Part shown: piece by piece, positions 7,952-17,518 of the stretch
Position numbering within the stretch: the stretch's first letter is position 1
How the letters are laid out: every line of letters starts with the position of its first letter
Sequence record: MT887289.1
Length of the DNA: 64,000 bases
Strand: one strand, 5' to 3'
Source: Escherichia phage SME50
Notes under the pieces: generated by a model
Told to the model about the DNA's origin: nothing
Databases searched by the model: none
What the model saw: only the letters and a program-made list of their open reading frames with translations
Position numbers and translations under genes: made by a program

Positions 7952-9733
7952 ATGAGTAATTCACTTTACGCAGTACCAGCAGGTCTTAATGCAGATGCTT
8001 ACAAGGCATCACATATATATCAGTATCCAGATGCTACACAGTATCTTATGTTGAACCTGACACCACGTAGTGACAAATGGTTTAACAGCCCCTTAGCAAT
8101 TGACGGTGTAGTGGCTTTTGGTATTCAACGTTTTGTTAAAGATTACCTGATAGACCACTGGAACGCCACCTTCTTCGAACGTGACAAAAAAGAAGCAATT
8201 GATGAAATCTTAGAAGTCATGAACGGCGTTCTGGGTAAAGATGCTATTGGTCGAGAACATTGGGAAGCACTCCACGACTTAGGTTATCTACCAGTTGAAG
8301 TCTACGCTGTAGAAGAAGGTACAGTTGTCCCTATGCGTGTGCCAATGATTGTCTTCCAGAACACTGTTTCAGGTTTCCATTGGGTAGCGGGGTATCTGGA
8401 AGATGCTTTCTCTGCTGAGATTTGGAAGGCTTGTACCATTGCAACTATTGCATTGCACTACAAACGTATCTGTAAGAAGTGGTCTGACCTTACTTGTGAC
8501 AACGACTTGCATTTGCCTTATCAGTGCCATGATTTTGCTATGCGTGGTATGTCCGGCTTTACTGATGACGCATTTAACGCTGTAGGCCACTTAACCAGCT
8601 TTAAAGGGACTGATAGCTTCCCTGCTGTATATACAGCTAAACGCATCTACGGTCAGTCCTACCCAATCTCTGATATTGGTAGCTCTGTACCAGCCACTGA
8701 ACACTCTGTAATGTGTGCAAACATTGCTTGGGAAGGTGGTAATGAGTTGATTGAAGAAGAAAGACGCTTTAAAGGTGAGTTACAAACCTTCCGTCGATTC
8801 TTAACAGAGACTTACCCAACTGGTATTGCAAGTGTTGTTTCAGATACTTATAATTTCTGGAGAACTGTATCAGTCATATTGCCAGAACTCCGTAAAGAGA
8901 TTATGGAACGTGATGGAAAACTGGTAATTCGTCCTGACTCTGGAGACCCTGTACATATTGTCACAGGCTATAAAGCAATCCACTTAGAGTGTGCTAAAAA
9001 GGCTTATTACGAACACCTAAGCAAGCTGGAAGCCAGCGACACAATGTTGAATGCTGTTCTGAACATGAAGCTTGAAAACATCAACTATGGTATTGCTGGG
9101 TGGCTACTGTCAGAAGGCTACGAAATGGTTGTTGACAGAGAAGACTTTGAAGTTGCTGATACAGTGCTGTTGAAAAATGCTTACATGGTTGGTTCTGCAA
9201 ACGTTGTAACACGTCCTGTAGCAGAGATTGATGGTGCTATTAAGACCCTGTATAACATCTTTGGAGGGACTATCAACTCTAAAGGTTTTAAGGTACTGGA
9301 TGAGCACATTGGCCTTATTTATGGTGACTCTATCACGTTGGAACGTGCAAACGAAATCCTGAAACGTTTGTATGAAATGGGTTTTGCAAGCTCTAACGTA
9401 GTGTTTGGTGTAGGTTCTTATACTTACCAGTACATGACTCGTGACACCTTTGCATTTGCTGTCAAAGCAACTCTTGCAAGTATTGGTGGTAAAGAGATTA
9501 TGCTTGCAAAAGACCCTAAAACAGATAGCGGTGTTAAGAAGTCTGCTTTTGGTGGTGTAGCACCCATGTGGGATGGTGATAAGCTGAAAGCTGTAGATGG
9601 CTATGGATTCCAGAGCTTTGCAGATGTGCTTGAACATCCAGCTTGTGCTTTACGTTTAGTCTTTAGTGACTCTGAGCAGTTCGGTTACACAACTCTTGGT
9701 GATATTCGAAATAATATTGACAAGCAACTTTAA
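7952..9733 (+). CDS. nicotinamide phosphoribosyltransferase-family enzyme (NadV/NAMPT-like); candidate nicotinamide ADPR transferase (Namat)
   Basis: 593-aa ORF; N-terminus YAVPAGLNADAYKASHIYQYP is characteristic of NAMPT-family enzymes; paired with the Prs-like gene. Confidence 0.75.
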   Translation: MSNSLYAVPAGLNADAYKASHIYQYPDATQYLMLNLTPRSDKWFNSPLAIDGVVAFGIQRFVKDYLIDHWNATFFERDKKEAIDEILEVMNGVLGKDAIGREHWEALHDLGYLPVEVYAVEEGTVVPMRVPMIVFQNTVSGFHWVAGYLEDAFSAEIWKACTIATIALHYKRICKKWSDLTCDNDLHLPYQCHDFAMRGMSGFTDDAFNAVGHLTSFKGTDSFPAVYTAKRIYGQSYPISDIGSSVPATEHSVMCANIAWEGGNELIEEERRFKGELQTFRRFLTETYPTGIASVVSDTYNFWRTVSVILPELRKEIMERDGKLVIRPDSGDPVHIVTGYKAIHLECAKKAYYEHLSKLEASDTMLNAVLNMKLENINYGIAGWLLSEGYEMVVDREDFEVADTVLLKNAYMVGSANVVTRPVAEIDGAIKTLYNIFGGTINSKGFKVLDEHIGLIYGDSITLERANEILKRLYEMGFASSNVVFGVGSYTYQYMTRDTFAFAVKATLASIGGKEIMLAKDPKTDSGVKKSAFGGVAPMWDGDKLKAVDGYGFQSFADVLEHPACALRLVFSDSEQFGYTTLGDIRNNIDKQL

Positions 9734-9746
9734 AAGTATATGATAA

Positions 9747-9770
9747 GAGGCTCCTACGGGAGCCTTTTTA
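9747..9770 (+). terminator. rho-independent terminator
   Basis: GGCTCC-TACG-GGAGCC hairpin followed by TTTTT. Confidence 0.6.
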
Positions 9771-9786
9771 ATTTCTGGAGAAGATT

Positions 9787-10122
9787 ATGAAAATCAAAGA
9801 AATGAATATCAACATTGTCTTAGAAGAACGTTGGGAGAACATCAAGAAGCCTGAAAATGGTCATAAGTTCCTCAACAAAATCTTAGTGGCAGCTAAAGAA
9901 GAACTGACTGGCAAGGTTGCAGCAGCAATCACAATAAAGGTGTGTGTAAAAGGTCTTCCAGACAATCACCAATTTGCACTTGACGAGTTTAAAGAAAGCT
10001 TCTACAATCCAAACAAACAGATGCTTGAAAGTAACTTTGCAGTATCTACAAGTATCGTTCATGACAGAAGCTTTATCCTTTACAAGAATATGAGAGGTGA
10101 GTCATGCAAGCATATTGGATAG
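9787..10122 (+). CDS. hypothetical protein
   Basis: 111-aa ORF. Confidence 0.5.
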   Translation: MKIKEMNINIVLEERWENIKKPENGHKFLNKILVAAKEELTGKVAAAITIKVCVKGLPDNHQFALDEFKESFYNPNKQMLESNFAVSTSIVHDRSFILYKNMRGESCKHIG

Positions 10123-10280
10123 AAATTTTACTGTCACTTGGTAGTGTAGCAGTGTTCGTTTACCTTCTTTGCAAGTACTATGCAGAGCACAAAAAATGTG
10201 ACTTCTGTGACGGAGAAGGTTATACAAGAGCAGGTTGCTGCCCTATGTGTGGCGGTTCTGGTAAAATGTTTAATAAGTAA
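10104..10280 (+). CDS. small membrane protein with C-terminal zinc-ribbon-like motif
   Basis: 58-aa ORF (below the track cutoff): hydrophobic segment then CDFCDGEG...CCPMCGGSG; ATG at 10104. Confidence 0.35.
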   Translation: MQAYWIEILLSLGSVAVFVYLLCKYYAEHKKCDFCDGEGYTRAGCCPMCGGSGKMFNK

Positions 10281-10308
10281 TTTAACAGTAAACTAAGAGG
10301 AAAGTATT

Positions 10309-12675
10309 ATGCGCATGGTAAATGACCACGCAGAAGTGATTAAGAGTTCAACTTCTTTAGAGACGTCTCAAGCACAGATTACAATGACACCTGAAATGTT
10401 CAGCCTTTTGAGTTCTGGTGTATATACCTTTAAAGAAAGGGCAGTTATTCGTGAACTGTCATGTAACGCAGTAGATGCTCAGAAAGAAGCTGGAAAAGAG
10501 AACATCCCGTTCCATGTGCATTTACCTACTCGTTTTGAGCCTTACTTTGAAGTTCGTGATTTTGGAACTGGATTGACTCATGATAAAGTTATGAGTTTGT
10601 ATCTAAATTACGGGGCTTCTACGAAGAATGACTCTAATGACTACATTGGTGCAATGGGTATCGGCTCAAAATCCCCATTTGCAATTGCTCAGTCATTCAC
10701 AGTATCTAGCTATGTTGATGGTGTTGTCAATAAGTACTCTGTTTACCTTGAGAATGGTATCCCTCAAGTAACTAAGCTGACCACTAACCCAACAAAAGAA
10801 CCTAATGGTTTAGCTGTACGTGTAGCAGTTGCTGACCACCGTATTTCAAAGTTCTTTGAAGAAGCTGGTCATGTGTACTCATACTTTGCTGTAAAACCAG
10901 AAAGTAATATCGAGTATGATGATGTATTAGCAGATATGAATGTCATTGCCCGTGAAGAAGGTGTTTATGATGCCATGATTCACAAACAAAGCTGGCGTTC
11001 TAGTGGTAACAGGACAGAGTTTAATGTGGTGATGGGTAATATCGCCTATCCAGTGAACATGGAAGCACTACTTGGTGATGATTTCTTCAAAGTCTTGCCA
11101 GAGTTTTTCCGTAGAAGCGTAGACCTTGTAAACATCTACATGCCTATTGGTTCAGTTGCTATTGCAGCTTCTCGTGAAGCATTGCAGATGAACGACACGA
11201 CAAAAAATGTTATCATCGAGGCTACTAAAAAGATAACTGAAGCAATTACAAAGGATGTTATCAAGAAAGTTAATAGTCAACCTACACTCATGGATGCTGC
11301 ACAGGCTTATGCTGAGTTACGCTTGAACTCACGAGAGATGTTTAATGCTGTGTGTCCAAAGCTAGAGTGGGGAGGCGTTAAGCTTGATTCTCTGGAAGAA
11401 GAATTACTAAACATTCGTCGTGGAATTATCTACGCAGAAGACGGCTCAGTTATCTATGAACGTGATGGTAAAGGTAATATTAAGGTTGATAGGAACGGAA
11501 ACAATATCCCTAAAGTAGATTATCTTTATAATCCAGTTGCTTATGTTAAGTTCAACTCTTTAGAAAGTAAGATTCGTGCAACAGCACTTTCCTACACTCA
11601 AGAGGCAAGTATGTTCAATATCTTTGGTGCAATGCGCAAAAGCCAAATTGAACAGTTTTTGTTTGTTATCAATGACCGTCGCAATAAAAACGGTACTGAG
11701 AAAACTGTAGGACGCAACCAGATTCTGCGTGGTGCATGTCGAGACTATGCCAGTGAGTCAAGTCTGTTTCACAGATACAATGGCATTGTCTTTGTATTCT
11801 CTACTGAGAAAGAGCTAGACGACTTAATCAATCTGCACAAACTTGATAAAAGCTTGTTAAAGATTGTGAAGATGTCTGACAAGGAACATCATTATCAGCG
11901 TAAAGAAGCTGTAAGAGGTGTTGTAAAACTCTGGAAAGCTGTTCCAGCAGAAGGTGTAGCTTCATACAAAGAGGTGTCAGAAGACTTAGATACGATTGAA
12001 GAACCTCAGCTTTACATTAAGGCAGTCGGTGACACAGTTGATGGTGAATGTTTTTGCTCATCTCCAGAAGATGTAGCTAAGTCAGTTGCCAATGTCATTG
12101 AAAAGACAGTCTATGTTTTCCGAAAAGCAAATTGGAAAAAGATACCAGAAGACTGGATTGAAGTAGATGAGAAGCTCTTGAACGACAGCTTAACTGATAT
12201 TCACTGGATTAATCATAACAGGTATATGACACGTATCTATATGAATGGTGTCCTAGACCTTACAAGCAGTTGGATTATTGCCAGAAACTTTACGTTCAAT
12301 AACAGGAAGATTTCTCGCGGCTATTGCTATTCACGAGACACAAACAAAACTATCTTCTTAGAAGGTAATGAAGATGCTGTTGAGGCAATGTTCGGTAAAA
12401 TCCAATACGTTGCTGCACCATTTGCATACACTTACACTATTAGTGTGTTGCAAGATTTGAAAAGGTGTCTTGATAATGATACAAAGCTTTACAAGAAAAT
12501 TAAGAAAGCTGGTGACCGTATGGTCATTAAGGTGACAAACTATCTTTTAAAAAGAAAACAAGAAAACTTCTTGCTTTCTCATTTAGATTGGAATAAAGTG
12601 TCACCCATCGAAGTGAGTAAGTTCTTAGGCTTTGATGTGAAGTGTGTTCCAGAAGGGACTACAATTTACGATTAA
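10309..12675 (+). CDS. rIIA: rIIA-like protein (GHKL-type ATPase N-terminal domain)
   Basis: 788-aa ORF; GHKL ATPase-like motifs (LSCNAVDAQ, VRDFGTGL); followed by an rIIB-like gene. Confidence 0.75.
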   Translation: MRMVNDHAEVIKSSTSLETSQAQITMTPEMFSLLSSGVYTFKERAVIRELSCNAVDAQKEAGKENIPFHVHLPTRFEPYFEVRDFGTGLTHDKVMSLYLNYGASTKNDSNDYIGAMGIGSKSPFAIAQSFTVSSYVDGVVNKYSVYLENGIPQVTKLTTNPTKEPNGLAVRVAVADHRISKFFEEAGHVYSYFAVKPESNIEYDDVLADMNVIAREEGVYDAMIHKQSWRSSGNRTEFNVVMGNIAYPVNMEALLGDDFFKVLPEFFRRSVDLVNIYMPIGSVAIAASREALQMNDTTKNVIIEATKKITEAITKDVIKKVNSQPTLMDAAQAYAELRLNSREMFNAVCPKLEWGGVKLDSLEEELLNIRRGIIYAEDGSVIYERDGKGNIKVDRNGNNIPKVDYLYNPVAYVKFNSLESKIRATALSYTQEASMFNIFGAMRKSQIEQFLFVINDRRNKNGTEKTVGRNQILRGACRDYASESSLFHRYNGIVFVFSTEKELDDLINLHKLDKSLLKIVKMSDKEHHYQRKEAVRGVVKLWKAVPAEGVASYKEVSEDLDTIEEPQLYIKAVGDTVDGECFCSSPEDVAKSVANVIEKTVYVFRKANWKKIPEDWIEVDEKLLNDSLTDIHWINHNRYMTRIYMNGVLDLTSSWIIARNFTFNNRKISRGYCYSRDTNKTIFLEGNEDAVEAMFGKIQYVAAPFAYTYTISVLQDLKRCLDNDTKLYKKIKKAGDRMVIKVTNYLLKRKQENFLLSHLDWNKVSPIEVSKFLGFDVKCVPEGTTIYD

Positions 12676-12680
12676 AGTGT

Positions 12681-12711
12681 TTGACAAGGGGCTTTGAAGC
12701 CCCTTAGAATA
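12681..12711 (+). promoter_or_regulatory. TTGACA box plus GC hairpin between rIIA and rIIB (promoter and/or attenuator)
   Basis: TTGACA followed by palindrome AGGGGCTTTGAAGCCCCT and TAGAAT. Confidence 0.3.
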
Positions 12712-12754
12712 TCCTTACAAAATGATTTATTAACTGACAAGAGAGAGTAATAAG

Positions 12755-13864
12755 ATGACTACTAAAACTAAAGCACAGATTGACGCAGAAATTTACAAAC
12801 TGGTTAAAGAAGGTAAGCTGACTAAAACAGCTATTGCACAGAAGTTCAATACTTCAACCCGTTCAGTTGGTCGTGCTGTAGAGCGTCATGAAGCAACCTT
12901 AAAAGGTAAGAAAAAGGTAGCTTCGACACCAGCTAAGAAGACTTTGAAGCAAGTTGCTAAGACCTTTAAAAAGAAAGCTGACAAACCAGTTGAAAAGGTT
13001 GTTAAAGAGTCTGTACAGAAAGCTCCAGTAAATAAACTGCATGAAGCTATGCAGAAAGATGACAAGATTGAGTACATGATTACTGGTGACTCTGTAATTA
13101 TGACTTACGGTTCAGAATCTGAAATTGTTGAGTCTACTCATCCGAACTATCAAGAGATTGTAGTCCATGTTGTGAAAGGTGAGTTCAAGAAAGCCTTTGA
13201 ACTGATGAATATTCGTAAGTCTATCGAAAACTTCACTCAGGGTGCTATCACAATCAAAGGTGACAAGTTATTCTACGGTGCTGTTGAGATGCGTTCTACT
13301 CTGGTTGACCGTATCCTTCACATGATGAAGACTGGTGATAAAGGTTTTGAACGCCTTGTAATGTTCTTCGAAAAACTGATGGAAAACCCATCTAAAGATT
13401 CTGTAGAACAACTTTGGGGATTCGTATCTCACCTTGATGTTGAAATTGATGAAGAAGGCTACATCATTGGTTGGAAGAAAGTCTCTACTCGTGAAGGCAA
13501 GCTGGTTGACTCTCACACCTACAAAGTACCTAATGATTTGGGTAACATTGTAGAAATGCCACGTTGGATGGTTGATAACAACCGTAACGTAACTTGCTCT
13601 CAGGGTCTTCATGTTGGTGCTTGGGATTATGTTCGTTGCTTCTCAGGCGATACAATCCTGAAGGTTCGTGTCCATCCACGAGATGTTGTATCTGTTCCGA
13701 CTGATTACAACGATATGAAGATGCGTTCATCCCGTTATGAAGTTGCAGCAATCGTTGATAATCAACGTAAAGTGCTGAAAGCATGGGATGGTAAGACTGA
13801 AGCTTTGCATGTCATCGTTGGCACTGCTGGTGAACTCATCTCTCAACGTAAACGTGAAATCTAA
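12755..13864 (+). CDS. rIIB: rIIB-like protein
   Basis: 369-aa ORF immediately downstream of rIIA-like gene; lysine-rich N-terminal region. Confidence 0.7.
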   Translation: MTTKTKAQIDAEIYKLVKEGKLTKTAIAQKFNTSTRSVGRAVERHEATLKGKKKVASTPAKKTLKQVAKTFKKKADKPVEKVVKESVQKAPVNKLHEAMQKDDKIEYMITGDSVIMTYGSESEIVESTHPNYQEIVVHVVKGEFKKAFELMNIRKSIENFTQGAITIKGDKLFYGAVEMRSTLVDRILHMMKTGDKGFERLVMFFEKLMENPSKDSVEQLWGFVSHLDVEIDEEGYIIGWKKVSTREGKLVDSHTYKVPNDLGNIVEMPRWMVDNNRNVTCSQGLHVGAWDYVRCFSGDTILKVRVHPRDVVSVPTDYNDMKMRSSRYEVAAIVDNQRKVLKAWDGKTEALHVIVGTAGELISQRKREI

Positions 13865-13880
13865 TAAGTAATTTCTTAAA

Positions 13881-13905
13881 AGGCTGCTTCGGCGGCCTTT
13901 TTTAT
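13881..13905 (+). terminator. rho-independent terminator after rIIB
   Basis: AGGCTGC-TTCG-GCGGCCT hairpin followed by TTTTTT. Confidence 0.6.
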
Positions 13906-13964
13906 TTGTATTTTGTGCAGAGTGCTGTATAATTGTTGTCACGATAAACTAAACAGGAGAACCA

Positions 13965-14513
13965 ATGAAGAAGTTGATTCTAGGTTTGTGCTTAATGTTT
14001 ACAGCACACTTATCTTATGCAGTTGACTGCCCAGAGCTATCAATTAGCCAAAAAGTAAACATGTTAAAAGCTTACCAGTATGGTGAGAATAATATGGGTA
14101 AAGGTTGGGGTATCACTCTAGCTGCTATAGCCTTACAAGAGTCAGAGTTAGGTCTGAAGGTAGAGAATAAAAAGACCCATGACTATGGTATCTTCCAGAA
14201 TCACTTGAAGACTGTTGTAAAGCGTAACAAAATCAGTCCTAATGTGGCTAAAAAGAAACTCTTAAAAGACTTTGACTATGCTGCAAAGGAAACACACAAA
14301 GAGCTTGAGTTTTGGACTAAGGTACATGGTCAACCAAAGTCAAAGAAGACTTTACAAAAAGTTTTAGCGTCATATAATGCTGGGTATTCGTACAAAATCC
14401 CTAAAGCTAAGAAATACTCTCAAGATGTTTACAACAATATGAAAGTCATCGCTCAATGTGAATTTGCAACAAACATTTCTAAGGTAAACCATGAAAAAAT
14501 TAAGAAAGTCTGA
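13965..14513 (+). CDS. secreted lytic transglycosylase-like (SLT domain) protein
   Basis: N-terminal signal peptide (MKKLILGLCLMFTAHLSYA); motifs AIALQESELG, DYGIFQNH, YNAGYSY. Confidence 0.5.
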   Translation: MKKLILGLCLMFTAHLSYAVDCPELSISQKVNMLKAYQYGENNMGKGWGITLAAIALQESELGLKVENKKTHDYGIFQNHLKTVVKRNKISPNVAKKKLLKDFDYAAKETHKELEFWTKVHGQPKSKKTLQKVLASYNAGYSYKIPKAKKYSQDVYNNMKVIAQCEFATNISKVNHEKIKKV

Positions 14514-15186
14514 TGAAGTCCTGTGCCATGCTTACGACTTGCACCCTCATGAGTTAGGTCTTGATTCCTGTGTATGGACTCCAGAACAGTGCAGAGATTT
14601 TGAAGATACTGCAAGAGAAGTTGTATGTTCACTTGAAGAGTTCCACACATCAGAACCAATTGTGAGCGTTGTGGACAAAGAGACTGGACAATCTATAGGT
14701 GTAAGACGTGACAGTTTAGTCATAGTCAATAAAGACCTTGTAGAAAAAGGTAACCTAATCTTAGCAGATATTGATGGTGTTCTTACAAATTTTAATCACG
14801 AAGATTGCTCAACGGAATTGACTGATGGGTCATTCTCACAGTACACTAATCTTCTTGACTCTGTAAGAGCAAAACCAACGTATGTTTTCAGTATCATTGA
14901 TGCAATTGCTAATCATGCTGCCATTGGACTCTTGACAGCAAGAGGTGAATCTCAGAGAATACCTACTGAGATGTTTTTAAGGCATAACATAGAGCATGAT
15001 TACATGCTTTTTATGCGTGGTTTTGGAACTAACTCTATAAGTGCAGAAAGTTTAAAAGTTAGGATGATTCAGTCTTGCATTCTTCCTTACTTTAATATAG
15101 TATGCTTTATAGAAGATACAGAGAAGAATGTTCAGAAGGTAAACAGAATCCTTCCACACATTAAAACCATGTTAGTAAAACATTGA
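14491..15186 (+). CDS. HAD-superfamily hydrolase-like protein
   Basis: Motif LILADIDGVLTN resembles HAD motif I (DxDGxL). Confidence 0.4.
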   Translation: MKKLRKSDEVLCHAYDLHPHELGLDSCVWTPEQCRDFEDTAREVVCSLEEFHTSEPIVSVVDKETGQSIGVRRDSLVIVNKDLVEKGNLILADIDGVLTNFNHEDCSTELTDGSFSQYTNLLDSVRAKPTYVFSIIDAIANHAAIGLLTARGESQRIPTEMFLRHNIEHDYMLFMRGFGTNSISAESLKVRMIQSCILPYFNIVCFIEDTEKNVQKVNRILPHIKTMLVKH

Positions 15187-15196
15187 GAGAAAACTT

Positions 15197-15661
15197 ATGA
15201 ACAATATCATTACGGTAGCACTGGACGTTACGGCAAACAAATCTGAAGTGGTTCGTAACATTATCAAAAGCAACTTTGAGGGTAAAATCTTTCGTGCTGT
15301 CAATGTAAAAGCAGACGGTAACATCCGAGAGTATCGTGCTCTTCTAAATGTTAAGAAACACGTCAAAGGTGCTGGTTCAACGACTGCACACAAAGAAAAC
15401 CTGATGACTATCTATGATATGGGTATGGCTTCAGAGTTAGGTGCTGAAGGTATCGTTAAAGAAGGTGCTCCGTATCGCTCTTTCAATCTGGAAACTGCTC
15501 TTATGCTTTCCTTTACAAGTGGTTCTAAAACAACTACTTATCTCTTTACTGATGCTGCAACGGTATCTGCTATCAAGGATAGCACCGTCAAAGCTGGGGT
15601 AGCTGCTGCTGCAAAAGCTTCTTCGATGGCTGCAAATGTCCTTGCTAAAGTCCTCGGTTAA
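15197..15661 (+). CDS. hypothetical protein
   Basis: 154-aa ORF with Ala-rich C-terminus. Confidence 0.5.
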   Translation: MNNIITVALDVTANKSEVVRNIIKSNFEGKIFRAVNVKADGNIREYRALLNVKKHVKGAGSTTAHKENLMTIYDMGMASELGAEGIVKEGAPYRSFNLETALMLSFTSGSKTTTYLFTDAATVSAIKDSTVKAGVAAAAKASSMAANVLAKVLG

Positions 15662-15673
15662 GGTTAAGATACA

Positions 15674-15695
15674 GGCTCCTTCGGGAGCCTTTTTC
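15674..15695 (+). terminator. rho-independent terminator
   Basis: GGCTCC-TTCG-GGAGCC hairpin followed by TTTTT. Confidence 0.6.
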
Positions 15696-15713
15696 ATTTC
15701 AGGAGATTGTTAA

Positions 15714-16061
15714 ATGACATTTAAAGAGTTCTGTCAAGCTACTTTCATAATTGTTTTCTTAGTTGGAGCAGGTGTCTGGGGAGGATACTCTTACAGAGAC
15801 TACCAAGTTGCTGAGACTGAGCTAAATAATGAGAAACTAATAAGTGTTGCTAAAGATGCTTATCAGGAAGGTTTAGCCACACTCAGCACCAATTACAAAA
15901 ATGATTTGAAAGATGTGCTTGCTAAGAATAAGCATACAAAAGAGGTACTAACATATGAAAAAACTAAGCCAGAGTTTTATAATGTTTGTGTTACTGATAA
16001 TTATGTCAGGGTGTTCAACGAACAAAGTGAACAGTACATTCAAAAACTCCCAAGTAAGTGA
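15714..16061 (+). CDS. candidate i-spanin (Rz-like)
   Basis: N-terminal TM segment followed by a charged helical region; its 3' end is overlapped by a lipoprotein ORF in another frame. Confidence 0.5.
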   Translation: MTFKEFCQATFIIVFLVGAGVWGGYSYRDYQVAETELNNEKLISVAKDAYQEGLATLSTNYKNDLKDVLAKNKHTKEVLTYEKTKPEFYNVCVTDNYVRVFNEQSEQYIQKLPSK

Positions 16062-16224
16062 GAGTGACAAGTACACTCAAGAAGAGTCAAGATTCACTGT
16101 CAAAGGTAATACTGGTAGTGATGTGGCAGCAGCCCTTGAGTTTTATCGTGACGGTTTTTACCAGTGCACAATCAAAGCTAATAACCTTATTGATATGATT
16201 TTATTAGGAAACAAACAGCAATGA
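15955..16224 (+). CDS. candidate o-spanin (Rz1-like outer-membrane lipoprotein)
   Basis: Signal peptide with lipobox (IIMSGC); overlaps the 3' end of the putative i-spanin, the classic overlapped spanin layout. Confidence 0.5.
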   Translation: MKKLSQSFIMFVLLIIMSGCSTNKVNSTFKNSQVSESDKYTQEESRFTVKGNTGSDVAAALEFYRDGFYQCTIKANNLIDMILLGNKQQ

Positions 16225-16490
16225 CAGAGAATGAAGACACTTTCTATGTAGAAGGGTACTTACTGCTACCACGACCAAAAGAAACTTATATGCGGGTTGA
16301 TTTCTCACCAACCATTATGGATAACGTGATGTGCCATATCTTTATGCAAGGTGTCACAGCACAGCTTAAGCATGTTGGTAAAGAGTGCAAAATAAAGGTT
16401 GACACTCATCCAGAAATCAAAGAGAATCACTACACATGGTTCTTACCAGACTCTAAAGAAATCTTAGCAGTTCTTAAAACGAGGAAATGA
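16221..16490 (+). CDS. hypothetical protein
   Basis: 89-aa ORF, overlapping stop/start. Confidence 0.45.
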   Translation: MTENEDTFYVEGYLLLPRPKETYMRVDFSPTIMDNVMCHIFMQGVTAQLKHVGKECKIKVDTHPEIKENHYTWFLPDSKEILAVLKTRK

Positions 16491-16801
16491 TTATGCAATT
16501 CCAGCCAACAAATCGTGGATTTTCTTATGCAGAATTTAAAGATGCTAAAGGAGAGATTTGTACTTTACAAGAAAGTTCATCATATGAACCATGTATCTGG
16601 TTAGGTGCTAAAGAGGTCTCTGTTCAGTACCTAGATGGTGGCTGGAAAACACTTGATATCCCAGCATTAGTAGGCAAAGATTTTGTAGGTAACCAAAGAA
16701 TGAAACTCAACCAAGAACAGGTGAAAGAGTTATTGCCATACCTTCAGTACTTTGCTGAAAATGGTGAATTACCAACAGAGGAACTTACAAATGCAGATTA
16801 A
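16487..16801 (+). CDS. hypothetical protein
   Basis: 104-aa ORF. Confidence 0.45.
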   Translation: MIMQFQPTNRGFSYAEFKDAKGEICTLQESSSYEPCIWLGAKEVSVQYLDGGWKTLDIPALVGKDFVGNQRMKLNQEQVKELLPYLQYFAENGELPTEELTNAD

Positions 16802-17117
16802 TGGAAGAGACTTTGTAGCTGTTTACTATGAGAAAGATAAAGAAGTTGGCGTAGCACAAGTATCTTATGGTAATGGTAAGTGGTTGTATGGAACAATCGC
16901 AGTAGTCGGAACAAGGAGTGATACAAAAACTTTTAAAGATTGTGTTGACCTTCTTGAAGAATCCATCCACAATCATTGGTGTCTGATATGGATGACTGAC
17001 AACGAAGTGATAGAACGCTTCAAAAAGATTGGTATCAACATTGATAGCATTGAGCATGTTGATTTGTATGAGCTAACTGAGAAGGTAAACTATGAAAGTA
17101 ATACTAGCCAGAGATAA
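16791..17117 (+). CDS. hypothetical protein
   Basis: Internal ATG (MQINGRDF) of track ORF 16752-17117 gives the usual short overlap with the upstream gene. Confidence 0.4.
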   Translation: MQINGRDFVAVYYEKDKEVGVAQVSYGNGKWLYGTIAVVGTRSDTKTFKDCVDLLEESIHNHWCLIWMTDNEVIERFKKIGINIDSIEHVDLYELTEKVNYESNTSQR

Positions 17118-17325
17118 AAAGACACGTAAGATTGTAAGTTCAGCAGTATTCAAAGGGAGACATGAAGTCGTCCCGTTTGCAGGAGAAGATGTGTTAACTT
17201 ACAAGAAGGTGATGAAACGTGAGTTCAGTAACCATTTCCGTGACTTCTTCTCTGAACCATTAGAAGATTTTAAAAGTCGTTGTGGTAAAGGTATCATCAC
17301 TCAAGAGGTAATTATTCATGGCTGA
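17092..17325 (+). CDS. hypothetical protein
   Basis: 77-aa ORF. Confidence 0.4.
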   Translation: MKVILARDKKTRKIVSSAVFKGRHEVVPFAGEDVLTYKKVMKREFSNHFRDFFSEPLEDFKSRCGKGIITQEVIIHG

Positions 17326-17518
17326 CTTCTGCAAAGACTGCTCTATCGAAATGTTCGGACGTGATACAGGTGACTTAAAAGGTCTTATCACTGAAGACGA
17401 CTTTAAAGCTGGCTATGCAATGCCAGTAATCTGTGAAGGTTGTGGATGTATCTGGGTAGACCATGAAGGGCAACGTGTAAAACCTTCAGAAGATAAAGAA
17501 TCTTGGGAGAGATGCTAA
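17318..17518 (+). CDS. small Cys-rich (zinc-binding?) protein
   Basis: 66-aa ORF with CKDC...CEGCGC. Confidence 0.4.
   Translation: MADFCKDCSIEMFGRDTGDLKGLITEDDFKAGYAMPVICEGCGCIWVDHEGQRVKPSEDKESWERC

Noticed and set aside
9110-9637. 175-aa minus-strand ORF
   Set aside because: Antisense to the NAMPT-like gene, Cys-rich and low-complexity; no RBS context
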